In this document: one piece after another, positions 31,147 to 32,000 of the stretch
Layout: every line of letters starts with the position of its first letter
How positions within the stretch are numbered: position 1 is the stretch's first letter
Origin: Methanothermus fervidus DSM 2088
Lineage (GTDB): Archaea > Methanobacteriota > Methanobacteria > DSM-2088 > Methanothermaceae
Direction: 5' to 3'
NCBI GenBank assembly: GCA_000166095.1
Contig: CP002278.1
Coordinates: 840,001-872,000 of the forward strand
Length of the DNA stretch: 32,000 bases
Notes under the pieces: generated by a model
What the model was told of the DNA's origin: nothing
Databases searched by the model: none
Seen by the model: only the letters and a program-made list of their open reading frames with translations
Position numbers and translations under genes: made by a program

Positions 31147-31745
31147 GCATACTTGGGATAGATGAAGCAGGTAGAGGTCCGGTTTTAGGCCCATTAATAG
31201 TTTGTGGTGTTTTGGTTGACGATGAAAATAAACTAAAAAAATTAAATGTAAGGGATTCTAAATTATTAAGTCCTAGAAGGAGAAAAATTTTAGCAAAAGA
31301 AATAAAAAAGGTGTCAAAGTGCTTTATAGTAAAAATACAAGCATATGAAATTGATAAATTGAGAATTGCAGGTATTAGTTTAAATGAAATTGAAAGGATA
31401 GCTATGAGCAAAATTATTAAAAATGCAAATCCAAAGAAAGTAATAGTGGATTCAATAGACATTAAACCTAAAAGATTAAAGAAAAAACTACAGAAAGAAA
31501 ACATTGAAGTTATTGTAGAACATAAAGCAGATGAAAAATATCCAGTAGTTTCAGCGGCTTCAATAGTTGCAAAAGTTGAAAGAGATTCTGAAATAGAAAA
31601 ATTGAAAAAAAGATACAATTGTGATTTGGGTTCAGGTTATCCTAATGATCCAAAAACTATAAAATTCTTAAAAAAATTTAAAAGGAGTGAACTACCTGAT
31701 TTTGTTAGGAAAACATGGAATACAGTGGAAAAATTATGTAAATAA
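31143..31745 (+). CDS. rnhB: Ribonuclease HII
   Basis: 200 aa with ILGIDEAGRGPVLGPL, DSK and ASIVAKVERD. ATGA overlap with mreB. Confidence 0.92.
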   Translation: MSILGIDEAGRGPVLGPLIVCGVLVDDENKLKKLNVRDSKLLSPRRRKILAKEIKKVSKCFIVKIQAYEIDKLRIAGISLNEIERIAMSKIIKNANPKKVIVDSIDIKPKRLKKKLQKENIEVIVEHKADEKYPVVSAASIVAKVERDSEIEKLKKRYNCDLGSGYPNDPKTIKFLKKFKRSELPDFVRKTWNTVEKLCK

Positions 31746-31747
31746 GC

Positions 31748-32000
31748 ATGAACATCAAAGAATTTGAAAATAAAGAAGAAAAAGTGTTTCTTATAAGGAA
31801 TATAATAGAAGTTAGGATTCCAAAGAAAAGCTATCTTAAACTTATAAAAAAATATCCAAAAGAATACATAATTTCCTTTTCTAAAGAAAAAAAGATTTTT
31901 CATAGCATCACACATAGACCTCTCTACTATATAACAAAGGAAAGTGGAATACCTCTACTTGGATATAATGCATTTGGATTGATAGACAGAGGAACAAATT
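31748..32000 (+). CDS. Hypothetical protein, N-terminal fragment (runs off the window)
   Basis: ATG 31748 lies 2 nt after the rnhB stop, and the frame stays open to the window end. The translation is MNIKEFENKEEKVFLIRNIIEVRIPKK...LLGYNAFGLIDRGTN. The IDRGTN segment vaguely recalls N-termini of some archaeal radical-SAM proteins, but 84 aa without the Cys motif is not enough for a call. Confidence 0.45.
   Translation, partial: MNIKEFENKEEKVFLIRNIIEVRIPKKSYLKLIKKYPKEYIISFSKEKKIFHSITHRPLYYITKESGIPLLGYNAFGLIDRGTN

Noticed and set aside
31136-31618. 160-aa ORF antisense to rnhB
   Set aside because: It is antisense to a clear RNase HII gene, hydrophobic and low-complexity, and has no independent start signal. 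It is an artefact of purine-rich sense codons lacking stops in the complementary frame.

Overview
This is an AT-rich, very gene-dense archaeal chromosomal segment. About 45 genes are present, most spacers are under 30 nt, and many start/stop codons overlap. Several features point to a thermophilic Methanobacteriales-type methanogen (Methanothermus/Methanothermobacter-like): a family-B DNA polymerase gene that stops right after motif C, a bona fide MreB, LL-DAP aminotransferase, a Kae1-Bud32 fusion, and K/E/I-rich proteins. That assignment is inference, not a database result. Layout, 1-19 kb (+ strand): the tail of an spc-type operon (secY 3' end, adkA, DUF106 insertase, L34e, cmk, L14e), then cbf5 and tRNA-Ser. 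Next comes the S13-S4-S11-rpoD-L18e-L13-S9-rpoN-tRNA-Pro(intron)-rpoK-eno-S2 block. After it lie a Memo-like gene, the isoprenoid cluster mvk-ipk-fni-(RNase J)-idsA, gltX, dapL, desulfoferrodoxin and one signal-anchored hypothetical. Layout, 19-26 kb (- strand): kae1/bud32, ham1, S15, recJ-like, AcnX-type dehydratase and polB large fragment, packed head to tail. Layout, 26-32 kb (mixed strands): PAP2 phosphatase, aRF1, a DUF308-like membrane protein, a DUF2116-like Zn-ribbon protein, pyrH, a 58-aa tail-anchored protein, a 208-aa unassignable protein, mreB, rnhB and the start of one more ORF. rpoN, rpoK, the secY fragment and the 3'-terminal partial ORF are missing from the supplied ORF track and were read directly from the sequence. 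I found no CRISPR array, transposase/integrase, long repeat, defence-type genes or large non-coding region. This is essentially a core housekeeping region, and I do not see a convincing novel multi-gene system. The best lead for something undescribed is the pair of unassignable proteins just upstream of mreB at 29.2-30.1 kb, the second of which is translationally coupled to it. Smaller curiosities are an intron-containing tRNA-Pro with an apparent C33, the truncated/split polB, an orphan AcnX large subunit, and overlapping convergent gene ends.
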